IMG/VR virus record: IMGVR_UViG_3300021431_004083
Span: 96,001-160,000 of that record
DNA length: 64,000 nucleotides
DNA from: a virus
Lineage: Duplodnaviria; Caudoviricetes
Strand: one strand, 5' to 3'
Shown piece after piece: positions 11,501-19,276 of this stretch. The notes below the pieces were generated by a model that was not told where the DNA came from, searched no databases, and saw only the letters and a program-made list of their open reading frames with translations. Within the stretch, counting starts at the first letter, position 1. Every line of letters starts with the position of its first letter. A program made the position numbers and the translations under genes.

Positions 11501-12430
11501 GGCCCATTCATAAAGACAATTTTTAAAATACTCAATCTGTTGGTCAGTCAAATAGTTTTCTGAACCAATAGAACGAATTGTCCTGTTCTCACCATCAGCA
11601 AGCAAACTCGGCGTAGTAACTTCCTGATAATCAAACAAATCGTTTCCGTCACGATGTTTGTACATACGAGGGGTAAAATAATAAAAAAGTCTGGAGCGCA
11701 AAGCATCATTATTTATACCATACAAATTCGGGTCCAAACCCTTTTGTTTGAAATCGCTTGCAGAAGTGAAAGGGTCAGCTTTAGCAGGAGCTACAACACA
11801 CTGTGCAACATTCGTAAAACTACCGAACGCTTCGCCAAAAACAGAATTTGCTGTACCATCAGAATGGAAACCCGGGACAACGATACCATGAGCACCATAA
11901 TCATTAGGCTCCCATATCCAATGCCACTCTTCTTCGCCTTTAGCGTTAATAGTACGAAAAGACTTTTTAAGAGCACCCCAATAAGAAAATTTCGCTGGTG
12001 TGGTGTTAGTTCCCGGTATAGAATCAGGAATCCAGTCAGGATTACTCACAGTACCATCATTAGCCTTATAATCATTACGAGCATTTGTTTGTCGTACATC
12101 TTTAGAAAACGAATTGGTACGGTTATCTGTACGGTTCACGTTTCCTCTACCAACACCGGTATTGTAAACAGAAGACAAAGCACCTGACCCTTTATAAAAA
12201 CTCCAAGAACCTTGGTCAGGTGAAATGATATAATCGTAACTCAAATTACCCGTACGAACTACATTGGAACCCTGATAGCCAGTATACTTAAACGTTAACG
12301 TGCCAGAATTCTGGTTATCGGGTGTCGGCCATTCTGTAACAGCCAACGCTACGGTAAACGTCGACAGCAGCGTCAAAACAACAAGTGCCAACGCAATACC
12401 TGCTTTAGTGAACTTAGAAAATTTAGACAA
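5600..12430 (-). CDS. Large pilus tip adhesin / SpaA- and Cna-B-repeat surface protein (2276 aa)
   Basis: Signal peptide; repeated GxYxLxExxAPxGY and KxWxD motifs; APKTG + TM + RRRR; strong RBS (aggagg) before TTG. Confidence 0.9.
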   Translation of the reverse strand: MSKFSKFTKAGIALALVVLTLLSTFTVALAVTEWPTPDNQNSGTLTFKYTGYQGSNVVRTGNLSYDYIISPDQGSWSFYKGSGALSSVYNTGVGRGNVNRTDNRTNSFSKDVRQTNARNDYKANDGTVSNPDWIPDSIPGTNTTPAKFSYWGALKKSFRTINAKGEEEWHWIWEPNDYGAHGIVVPGFHSDGTANSVFGEAFGSFTNVAQCVVAPAKADPFTSASDFKQKGLDPNLYGINNDALRSRLFYYFTPRMYKHRDGNDLFDYQEVTTPSLLADGENRTIRSIGSENYLTDQQIEYFKNCLYEWAKYWYDTDGPGPDAANVSYGDYSTVNDEHRPFNRFSYIKEAFDPETADLRREQNEPDEAGRFDYCTTPGTNKKFHLLGRIVDEIDENGKKQKKFRVTYEDVFYAMAFCGYLTNDIVDNSALSELKNESCYYDSNGSKKSGWGWVYDDKEKVVVREYTTNSSGNNLEWDERWESRWGWSAHTVDRTLRRCVFNKNVIFDLEHAYLSKVNLQDDPDGWGISFMAAQNGGYFDYKFLHGNHTVDDKDAYEQETEQYGYSYRRTALGCSWQLGVANKTRRCWTLSVQELLKVCFEAGKSSDGKIKNYYTVKNGVTSPTGYKLYLYGEYDLDDGNSSMARIPSVPAEVSCFYMYPRNPDYYKNKNNNDYYQVYMSSAIIRTPICIQKYPDMTGMTGVGDNVDLRSHPDHTEYYGKLSQVRFKVQEKVGSTWKDVRLGDMNGNGANGGTGVWDVNVPSKWLDKSGSTWTLKLDDEWKAGLYVTRPNVQYRIQEISASNNNYGNILDLKDYSSIHTDEHGAQTDQSGKDAQTDQLDKDNVFYVAMDKNHNAVTFVCNENALSNVNNIDLTNSPVASASLKIKKTSSFNPDTVIEDAKFKLYRSHDFYEMKTAATPVLDTDVLTTNSRGEISVDKLPYGDYVLVEDEVPEPYDVHSSGFAVSDVVTAANDAGSYDNFKTNGSSTYFISLNPDNTQNGTVAYTKNVTNIPYGSVSIEKTGGGNPNNHLKDAKFTLLDTNGGMVRNKNGKLCTGRTDENGHLEFSDIPYGEYYLVENRAPVGYSIVPTYRSSYVSKHKPNVTVDETQRTVLVKVDDPVQKTGINLTKKLVSSDYNNNPNKTPTKDDLYEVPDGLVTFVHNEEIKDLYSYSSVSFTFYTSEEAAVKKDEKHVLECLSVNGDTSKTKAENISLDEDGLLNVTLQASEESKTYYYREFFKDDSHLHPMNDDGTYKDDNNKNKVYSVTVPGGNSSKSVDVEHVNYVDRGSFIAFDKINAETKAHRSGAVFKLEFFDKQFASESEIGDTEPARVYYLGSGADIDKLSLYDNNGTLIGYNGSGVTTLGRIYADNNDLRNDLPGSKTDSSCPGSAIDNHYGDYFPEGSYRLTEVSAPAGYNPIDKVYFGNLTGDETGVIYVGEDDATIGHKVIPNEQYVPIYIKKTDANTGAKLRGAVFKLEYFEDAYSSVSAIPETSEYTYYLRTNSSGFAYTGAASHYVNADGSATDVVRATDLEQAGLPVYKGRFKRGGTYRVTEVKAPNGYKLSQNPVQWGIISDNTLTKETVSKSEVTVVSLSYSNEKIPSITVEGSKIWDDLHNVANTRADGIRVELYRDGDSFGSRLLGVTEDRDGVTFYNAEAFRTGENGSSQYNYSFTGLPEGHYNADGDYVRYEYSIREVLLKASSSDAFVPVSELTEYIDDSYTTLYNNDRAKVQYGQMMLYNQEIGHVATKQATGTVNGSSVNWTVSDVPLGVSPLRVDIENSYRPDTRSVHVTKAWVDESNKYQTRPVSIKVDLYRRWDASDFVKNKDTHPTKGILSEKVLSGLTLSDESNWSTKVSHLPTYVSEAENHTPSADLGQYFDSSRGNYYRGIQYEYYVEEVPVGNGYVTEQTGDLSLTNYETKNIVLEKRWNDRNNAANKRPASVDFTLYREYVVPGYYTTNGESATITKTVGTYTINNFTGDTGSVKVTGQPVVASAFFDDKIAEDLGSRLGTDSNGKKFTAYETVGEHAIPCRYYVTESTVTGYDEPEYLNHTQTTVQGVLTETIPVQNTYKVFDVVVKKYYRSSLPDNTSSLEAQLQGTKPQANVGFVLGAGTNGRNGVIKATGTNGVYKKQGAEIIDGIQDYFRAKGSGANKKIKNTFAADSEYIMRTGSTGSNKGKLTIKNLEPGTYVILESTPLANYSTSNVPVTFTLTDEGKVRVMNGGQTYDMDELVFVNDKIFAPKTGGTGNMIYYVAALLALSLGVFGVLFFRRRRIRSTIVK
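9911..9964. repeat. In-frame 27-bp tandem duplication within the adhesin
   Basis: GTCTTTG(T/C)CC(A/G)ACTGGTCCGTTTGAGC x2, encoding AQTDQxxKD. Confidence 0.8.
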
Positions 12431-12571
12431 ACTAAGTCCTCCTTTCTTGTCGCAGTAGCGACAAATTCAAAAATATGCATATTTTGAAATACATATGCTC
12501 CAATCTACGAAAGGTTCAAATGAACCCCAAAGCGCGTACATCGTAGTCAAAGCGATATTCTTTCAAACAAA

Positions 12572-12601
12572 ATTTTACCACAAAACACTATCGAAAGTCA
12601 A
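12572..12601 (-). promoter_or_regulatory. Sigma-A promoter for the adhesin
   Basis: TTGACT-18 nt-TAAAAT with extended TG. Confidence 0.55.
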
Positions 12602-13160
12602 CCCTTATTGCAATAAAAATATTCACAATTAAATAAAATCATACCAGATATATAAATATGTTTATTTATATTACATTTATTACTTTAATATATTACAATC
12701 AAAATAAAAAGACATTCGTATACAAAACACAAACGATTCATAACAAAAAGTCAAGCAAGGGACAAAAACAGACCAGTAACATAACACAAAACGGGACAGA
12801 AAATAACAAACAGCGCAACATAGAAACCCATTTTCGGACCAATATCGAACCAAATAGTCTCAAAACAAAGAGAGCACGGACAAAACGAGACCAAATAAGG
12901 GACAATCTGATAACAATAAAAGACCATAAAAAGAACATAGGGCAACAAAATGAACAAAAACACAACAAATAATGTTAACAAATATAACCAGAAAGTAACC
13001 ATATTATAACCATTGTTTCTTATATAAAAAAGCCGACACGCACCGCCTTATATAATATATAACAAAAGCGACGCGTTGCGCCAAACGCAATCTCGGCTAT
13101 AGGAATCCTCGATAAAGTGACAGCGTACAGAAGATACCGCACGCTGCGCTATGCGCAATA

Positions 13161-13362
13161 GTGTATTTTTACACTCTATAGTGTAAAGATACACTCTTCG
13201 GTACACACGAAAATACACTCTTACACTGCGTGTCACCGTGGTGTTTTCAAATTACACTTTATAACCCTCAATAACCGCATAAAAATCACACCGATTACAC
13301 TCGATGTAATTTTTACACTCCTACTTTTTTCAAAAATACACCCCAAAGGGGTTTTGAGTGTA
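13161..13362. repeat. Cluster of about 12 TACAC/GTGTA motifs (candidate protein-binding array)
   Basis: Copies near 13161, 13170, 13181, 13190, 13202, 13214, 13222, 13253, 13296, 13314, 13337 and 13358; includes the palindrome TTTACACTctatAGTGTAAA. Confidence 0.75.
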
Positions 13363-13969
13363 ATCATGCCGCAAGCATGATAGCGGAGCGACAAGCGCAT
13401 CCGTGCGCGCATAATAGGTATCCCCAAAAACGGCATAAGAATGCCGACTATGCGCGTTTCGGATATGTCGGCTTACACCGCCATAGTCCTCAGGGTGTTG
13501 TGTTGCGAGAAACCATATGTACCAAATTTCTCACACACAAACCCACTCCCGACGCTATGCGACGTGAGTAAAGTAAAAGGGCATAAGGAGTCGTGACACA
13601 ACACTCGCATCATACGATACTCGCTTTTGTGGTCGGCATAGCCGACACGACCGTCTGAAATACAGGCTACACCTGCATTTTCAGCCGCTTTTGCTTTGTG
13701 CCGATACAAGTATCAGACACACGCAAAAGTCCTTCGACGCGGGTCACCCTCGTCGCCGCAAAACGTGCCACCGGCACATTTTTCGGATGCCCTCCTGACA
13801 GAATATCCTATTCCGTCAGGCACAGGAGACAAAGTCACCTGTGTCATTTTCTGGTCACTTTTTGGCACAACGCAATCCCGTCACTTTTGTTCCCGATTAG
13901 CAAAAGTTGTTACCAAGATATTTTCACAAAAAAAAAAAGCCACGAGAAATCTCGCAGCTCATATAATTC

Positions 13970-14575
13970 TCACTTCATCCAAGAAACAAGATTCCCTAAA
14001 AGCAATTTCGTCGCGGGAACAATTTCTTTCAAATGGACCGTTAAAACAGTCAAACAAACGGTAAATAATAAAACAACAATGACAACAATCAACTCACTCG
14101 TTGACGATGTTGTATACAATTTCAAGAAATGATGCTTCCGTTTCTTAATAATAGGATAAATAAAACAAATACCGGACTTACTGAAATTATCCCAAAACAA
14201 ATGAAAAAAGAAAGCGAAAGCAAGCCATATCAACGGTCGAAACCAAATACTCCCTATACCGAAAGCAATGACAAACCAAATCGTATGTGTCCACGTTCGG
14301 TGCTCCACGGGTATATGAACGACACGACCGATCGTCGAATACGGCGAATCGATATCCGGCAGCAAGCTCCCCAAAACGAAAAATGAAACGCACAATCCCG
14401 AAAAAAGATAAGGATTCAGGGCACCGTTATCGTGGAAATACGAAGCGACAGAATCGACGCAAGACGAAACAGCGGCATGACCGGGACCTGTGTAAACATC
14501 ACGCAAAACGGCACCCAGTTCCGCCAAACATACAGCTGTGCAACAATTCATCGCAATATGATTTTTTCCTCTCAA
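13970..14575 (-). CDS. YdjM-like membrane metal-dependent hydrolase
   Basis: GSLLPDID, HRTWTH and HLFWD motifs; TTG start after ggagg. Confidence 0.85.
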   Translation of the reverse strand: MRGKNHIAMNCCTAVCLAELGAVLRDVYTGPGHAAVSSCVDSVASYFHDNGALNPYLFSGLCVSFFVLGSLLPDIDSPYSTIGRVVHIPVEHRTWTHTIWFVIAFGIGSIWFRPLIWLAFAFFFHLFWDNFSKSGICFIYPIIKKRKHHFLKLYTTSSTSELIVVIVVLLFTVCLTVLTVHLKEIVPATKLLLGNLVSWMK

Positions 14576-14703
14576 AGCAAAAACCTCCGAATTGAATATA
14601 CCTATAATATAGCACACAAAGAAAAGAAAAGCAACCGCAAAAAGACATATGGAAAGTTGGAATACTGTAATAAAATATTGTTAGAACGAGAGGTGTGTTG
14701 GGT

Positions 14704-15129
14704 ATGCGAAAAAGCTTTGTTGTCCCGAAAGACATTGTCTCCACAGGAAAACAAAGACTGCTGTTATACAGAAACAGCAAGCTCGTCAAACAAACGACGA
14801 ATGAAAATTGTCGTAAAGAAATGCGAAAATTGATTATCGCCGCCATGAGAAAATTACCTGAGGACGATTTGACAACCATCATATCAAAAATCGAACGCCA
14901 ACAGAAACTAAAACACAAAGGTACTCCTAAAAATAAAAAGGAGCAAATTCAACTGTTGACAACGCTTCTGAAGTTCGCGGAAAAGAAGACACGTTTTCGC
15001 ATCTCGATTTTAATAGAAGAACAAAATCAAGTTGAAATCAACTATGGGAGATATAGCGCGTTTGCCAATATAAACGGTAAAACAACAAACTTATCAATAA
15101 AACCCGCACAAAAAAGGAGGATTTTATAA
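14704..15129 (+). CDS. Hypothetical basic protein
   Basis: ORF with gaggtg RBS, coupled to the next gene. Confidence 0.55.
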   Translation: MRKSFVVPKDIVSTGKQRLLLYRNSKLVKQTTNENCRKEMRKLIIAAMRKLPEDDLTTIISKIERQQKLKHKGTPKNKKEQIQLLTTLLKFAEKKTRFRISILIEEQNQVEINYGRYSAFANINGKTTNLSIKPAQKRRIL

Positions 15130-15521
15130 TGTTGTATAGAGTTATTATCGCAGGAAGCAGAGACTTCAACGATATCGACAAACTGGCGAAATCGTGTGAC
15201 AGTATCATCGGCGGTTTCACAACCGATGACAAAGACGCCGAAGTCGTCATCATCTCAGGCGGTGCTCGCGGAGCTGACAAACTCGCTGAGAAATATGCGC
15301 TCGCAAAAGGCTACAAAAACGAAATCATGCCTGCCGATTGGAACAGATTCGGAAAAAGCGCAGGGTATATCCGAAACACGGCAATGGCGCAACAGGCAAC
15401 ACGTCGAAACGGTATTGGCTGCTTGATTGCGTTTTGGGACGGTGAATCAAAAGGCACAAAGCACATGATTGATACCGCCAATAAAAAGAAAATGAAAGTC
15501 GCTGTTGTCCGATTCCGATAA
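15129..15521 (+). CDS. SLOG-family (DUF2493/YspA-like) protein
   Basis: IIAGSRDF, ISGGARGAD, AGYIRN and FWDGESKGT motifs. Confidence 0.9.
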   Translation: MLYRVIIAGSRDFNDIDKLAKSCDSIIGGFTTDDKDAEVVIISGGARGADKLAEKYALAKGYKNEIMPADWNRFGKSAGYIRNTAMAQQATRRNGIGCLIAFWDGESKGTKHMIDTANKKKMKVAVVRFR

Positions 15522-15555
15522 CAGCGACACATCTATAAAAAGGAGGATATATAAT

Positions 15556-16011
15556 ATGATAGAACGGTACTACAAAGACCTGACAATCATACCACCGAGC
15601 GCAGACGCAGTATGCGTAACAACAAACGGTATGACAAAAAACAATGGTGATGCTGTGATGGGCGCAGGTATTGCGAGAAGTTTCGCTGAAAAGTATCCGT
15701 CGTTACCGAAAATACTCGGAGAAAAACTGCGAACCGAAGGAAACCACGTACACGACATCACAACAACCACAAACACATACAAAGAGCAACACATCGTAAG
15801 TTTCCCGACAAAACATCACTGGAAAAACGATTCCGATATTGCACTGATAAAACAATCAGCTGAAGAACTCAAAGCCCTCGCAGACAAAAACAACTGGACT
15901 TGTATTTATCTGCCGAGACCGGGCTTTGGTTGCGGAAGACTATCATGGTTAGACGTAAAACCTGTTATAGCGAACATACTCGACGATAGATTCATCGTCA
16001 CATGGCGCTAA
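15556..16011 (+). CDS. Macrodomain (ADP-ribose binding/processing) protein
   Basis: TTNG...MGAGIA, FPTKHHW and PRPGFGCGRL motifs; aggagg RBS. Confidence 0.88.
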   Translation: MIERYYKDLTIIPPSADAVCVTTNGMTKNNGDAVMGAGIARSFAEKYPSLPKILGEKLRTEGNHVHDITTTTNTYKEQHIVSFPTKHHWKNDSDIALIKQSAEELKALADKNNWTCIYLPRPGFGCGRLSWLDVKPVIANILDDRFIVTWR

Positions 16012-16091
16012 AAAATAAGGACAAAACATCTGGAGAGTTGTATTAATGTAAACGTAAAAGCTACGAAAAGTTCTTTCGTAGCTTTATATTT

Positions 16092-16162
16092 CCGTTATTA
16101 ATGTAAAAGGCAGCATAATCCGCAAAACGGAAAAGTGTCGGGTTCAAATCCCACATAACGGT
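16092..16162 (+). ncRNA. Degenerate tRNA-like element
   Basis: Acceptor CCGTTAT/ATAACGG; D-arm ATGT/GCAT with GG; T-loop TTCAAAT; anticodon arm TCCG-CAAAA-CGGA (5-nt loop); no CCA. Confidence 0.65.
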
Positions 16163-16348
16163 AGTTTGAGAGCTCACAACTCAAATCAAAACCATCATCA
16201 AAAAGTGAGTGAGAGACACCCGGTATAACCATGATGAGGTATGGATGTTGGCACTCGTGAACAGAACGGGAGATATCTAATGTAAATAGTATTCTACCAA
16301 TACTATCCGACATATATTCAAAACACAGCAAAGAAAAGAGGCAACAAT

Positions 16349-16762
16349 ATGACCGAGAACAAGAAAATCATGACATTTGACGACGTTCCCATCGAAGTCG
16401 GCAAAACATATTACCTCGCCGCAACAACGCAGTCGTATATCAAAGAGGTCAAGGTCGAAAGAATCGACTTCGAAGACGAAACCGTTGTCTGCTTTGTAGA
16501 TTTAACAGGTCTCAATTTCAGGAAAGAATTCTTATCACCGAACGACCTGTTTGCAAACAAAGAAACAGCGGCACACGAATGGGACAAACGCTGTCAGCTC
16601 CGTCTGAAGGCCTATGCAGAAAAGCTCGGGGCAAACACAAAGCTCATTCTGAACTTCCCTTTCTGCGAAGGGTTTTTCATGGACTACTGCAAACGGCAGG
16701 CATACAGAAACGCAGTCATCAAAACTTTCGGCTTCGACCCGCTTGACATCAAAGAGGTCTGA
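16349..16762 (+). CDS. Hypothetical protein
   Basis: 137-aa ORF with RBS. Confidence 0.7.
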   Translation: MTENKKIMTFDDVPIEVGKTYYLAATTQSYIKEVKVERIDFEDETVVCFVDLTGLNFRKEFLSPNDLFANKETAAHEWDKRCQLRLKAYAEKLGANTKLILNFPFCEGFFMDYCKRQAYRNAVIKTFGFDPLDIKEV

Positions 16763-16766
16763 TGGT

Positions 16767-17048
16767 ATGATAAAACAAATCGCATTTTACGGCAGCAGCA
16801 CAAACGCGACTGCATACTTCAAAGACGATGAACAACTCTGGACAGACTACTTTGACATAGAAGTACAGAGATATCATAAACTGGTTGGCTTCGCATATAA
16901 ACGAAACCCCAGATTCGGAATCACAAACGTGAAACCTACGCCATATAAAACCGCGTTTGACATCGATACATTACAAGCATCTGAAAAGATTCCCGAAAAT
17001 CTCGGCAACATACCATATGTCGTGTTTGAATGCGAATGCTACAGTTAA
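16767..17048 (+). CDS. Hypothetical protein
   Basis: ATG after gagg RBS, in series with the previous ORF. Confidence 0.65.
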   Translation: MIKQIAFYGSSTNATAYFKDDEQLWTDYFDIEVQRYHKLVGFAYKRNPRFGITNVKPTPYKTAFDIDTLQASEKIPENLGNIPYVVFECECYS

Positions 17049-17134
17049 ACAAAGAAATACTATGAGCTTGAAAAGAAGGTAAGTGGGCAAATATGCTGCG
17101 CAAACCATCCCAGTAAAGCTCATATGTTGAGTAT

Positions 17135-17219
17135 GCAGGTGTGGTGGAACAGGCAGACACAAAGGTCTCAAAAACCTTCGGAGAAATCCGTGCGGGTTCA
17201 AGTCCCGCCACCTGCACCA
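17135..17219 (+). tRNA. tRNA-Leu(CAA)
   Basis: Full cloverleaf with long variable arm; AAGGT-CTCAAAA-ACCTT; GGTTCAAGTCC; encoded CCA. Confidence 0.96.
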
Positions 17220-17220
17220 C

Positions 17221-17302
17221 GTAGGCTTAAGCTTTGACAGGGGCGGTCACGCCTTGTTGTCCAACACGCGTCACGAACAACAACGGCAACCGTCCCGCCT
17301 AC
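17221..17302 (+). ncRNA. Structured small RNA immediately 3' of tRNA-Leu
   Basis: GTAGGC/GCCTAC, GGGGCGGT/ACCGTCCC and TTGTTGT/ACAACAA helices. Confidence 0.5.
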
Positions 17303-17320
17303 AACCAAAAAAATATATAT

Positions 17321-17480
17321 GCGGGCTCTGAAAGCAAGGTTCAGCTTCCTTTGGAGAAGTGAGAAGTAAAAACGGCATGATGAAAGGTATCGCAACCATG
17401 GCTCTACGATATTTAGTAATTGGATGAGTCTCTCTCACCGACACAAAGGTTTGGCGGTTCGAATCCGGCAGTCCGTACCG
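17321..17480 (+). ncRNA. tRNA-like RNA (TTG anticodon arm) with a 92-nt insertion in the variable region
   Basis: Acceptor GCGGGCT/AGTCCGT; D-arm; GCTTC-CTTTGGA-GAAGT; T-arm GGCGG-TTCGAAT-CCGGC at 17453-17469; ends ACCG. Confidence 0.7.
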
Positions 17481-17791
17481 TACATATCAAAACCTGATGA
17501 TACACCGTAACAATAACACAAACGGCGGAAAAATATTTCGACCGAAATCCTTAATGTATCACAAACCGTAAGCAGCCCCGCACACAGAAACAACCTGTTC
17601 TCTGAACAATCCCATAAGCGCCACACCATGCTGTACAGAAAAAATATCTGTGACAAGCCTCGAATAATGACAGACGCTTAAGTAATATTTCGGATTGACA
17701 GACCACAAACGTAACAGACACGGTAATCACTTACAAGCGCCGCCCAGTTTAAGGTCTGGGCGGACACACAATTAAAAAAAGAGGTGCCGAT

Positions 17792-17968
17792 ATGGCGAAA
17801 AACGACCACGAATTTGAACACTGCTTTCGTGACCGTGAAAAAAACAATGCTATTTGCGAATGTCCTGTAGGGATGAGCCCTTCTGAAGAAAAAGCTCTAC
17901 TGAAAAGACACCCCTCATGGTATCGTTCAACCGTTGAATACGACAAAAACGGTTTCCTGAAAAGGTAA
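17792..17968 (+). CDS. Small hypothetical protein (58 aa)
   Basis: gaggtg RBS and ATG; below the ORF-track length cut-off. Confidence 0.6.
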   Translation: MAKNDHEFEHCFRDREKNNAICECPVGMSPSEEKALLKRHPSWYRSTVEYDKNGFLKR

Positions 17969-17990
17969 AACGTGCAAGGAGGTCATACGC

Positions 17991-18182
17991 ATGAAATACG
18001 TAAGAAAATGTCCGATTTGCGGACGCAAAGCGACACGTCGCACCGGAAAATTAAGTTTCTGCGATGACCACCACAAAACAGTGCGTCGTCACAAAGCTCG
18101 CAAGGTGTACAAAGAGGTTCTTGTGTACTCTCTCGGTCCCGGTTGCGGTATTTATGGTTGGCGTGAACTCAACGTACACTAA
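17991..18182 (+). CDS. Small zinc-finger-like protein
   Basis: ggagg RBS; CPIC...FCDDH. Confidence 0.7.
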   Translation: MKYVRKCPICGRKATRRTGKLSFCDDHHKTVRRHKARKVYKEVLVYSLGPGCGIYGWRELNVH

Positions 18183-18197
18183 AAGGGGGACTCAGAA

Positions 18198-18497
18198 ATG
18201 CTTGAAACATTAATGAACAGCCCATTAACCCAAATCGCCTTGATGACGCTGATTATATTATTAATCAACAAACCCATAACAGAAATAACACAATACATAA
18301 TCGTAAAACAAGAGATGAAAATACTGAGCCGAATACTGAGCGATAAAAACGCAAGCGAAGCAAAAAAAGAATATGCGATTGAAACGTTCAGGCAAAACAT
18401 ATACAACATAATTGAACAGCCCGAAAGTCGAGCTCAGGAACGATACATCGGAAGACTCATTGATAAATGTATCGAAATTGCAAAACAAAAAACATAA
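18198..18497 (+). CDS. Hypothetical protein with N-terminal hydrophobic segment
   Basis: 99-aa ORF with G-rich RBS. Confidence 0.65.
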   Translation: MLETLMNSPLTQIALMTLIILLINKPITEITQYIIVKQEMKILSRILSDKNASEAKKEYAIETFRQNIYNIIEQPESRAQERYIGRLIDKCIEIAKQKT

Positions 18498-18571
18498 TAT
18501 CAAATAGCTAACTTCCTATATATTGGTTTCTGTTTTAACCGTCGAGGGTGCGGTATATCACCCTCACACTA

Positions 18572-18647
18572 TGGGTAGTAGCCAAGCGGTAAGGCAACGG
18601 ACTTTGACTCCGTCATCTCGTGGGTTCGAACCCCGCCTGCCCAGCCA
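18572..18647 (+). tRNA. tRNA-Gln(TTG)
   Basis: Cloverleaf; ACGGA-CTTTGAC-TCCGT; U1-A72; GCCA end. Confidence 0.96.
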
Positions 18648-18780
18648 AAGGAGCTCTTTCTGTCAGCTCCTTCACCGATAAGTCGGCTATAAAAAAACTC
18701 GACAGAACATGTCAGACAGTTGGCGGACCACTTCCTCGTTCCGTCAGCTGTTCTGTACAATAAAAAAGGAGGGCTCGAAC

Positions 18781-19269
18781 ATGCCTGTCTTATTTGTAAA
18801 AAATACCGTAACAGAAAAAACAATCGAGTCCATACTCAAACCTATCAATAGCTTCTGGACATACACAAGCCTTACGGATGTTGTGCAATCCAACGATAGC
18901 AGACTCGACAAAGCGCGTGATTTCGCGGCTATCACCTTCACAGACGAAAAAGATTGCGCTTTCATCGCGGACATGCTGATGGCAGAAAACATACAGGTGT
19001 TCCTGACCTTACCCGTCACCGCCGAAAGCACATACACAAACATATCAAACGACAAAAAAGCCAATATATCCTACTGGGACCATCTCGATAATATTGCCGA
19101 GGACTTCGTACAAAACCTTTTGTATGAATGCTATGACAAAGATACACATGCACAAACACCTTTGTCAGAAGAAGACAGGCAATACGTCCTGAAAGCGGCA
19201 CTTGAAGCCGCCATTGAAAAACTGGAAGACCTCAAAAAGGAATTCCCGTTTATGGATATTCCGTCCTAA
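18781..19269 (+). CDS. Hypothetical acidic protein
   Basis: ATG after aaggagg RBS. Confidence 0.7.
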   Translation: MPVLFVKNTVTEKTIESILKPINSFWTYTSLTDVVQSNDSRLDKARDFAAITFTDEKDCAFIADMLMAENIQVFLTLPVTAESTYTNISNDKKANISYWDHLDNIAEDFVQNLLYECYDKDTHAQTPLSEEDRQYVLKAALEAAIEKLEDLKKEFPFMDIPS

Positions 19270-19276
19270 AAAACAT

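Noticed and set aside
12658-13709. Short ORFs in the 12.6-13.7 kb and 31-32.3 kb gaps
   Set aside because: Low-complexity K/N/Q- or F/L/V-rich translations caused by strand bias, with no RBS.
17495-17560. Hammerhead ribozyme (CTGATGA...GAAA)
   Set aside because: Stem II does not close next to the core, stems I/III are missing, and TGATACA pairs better with TGTATCA downstream.
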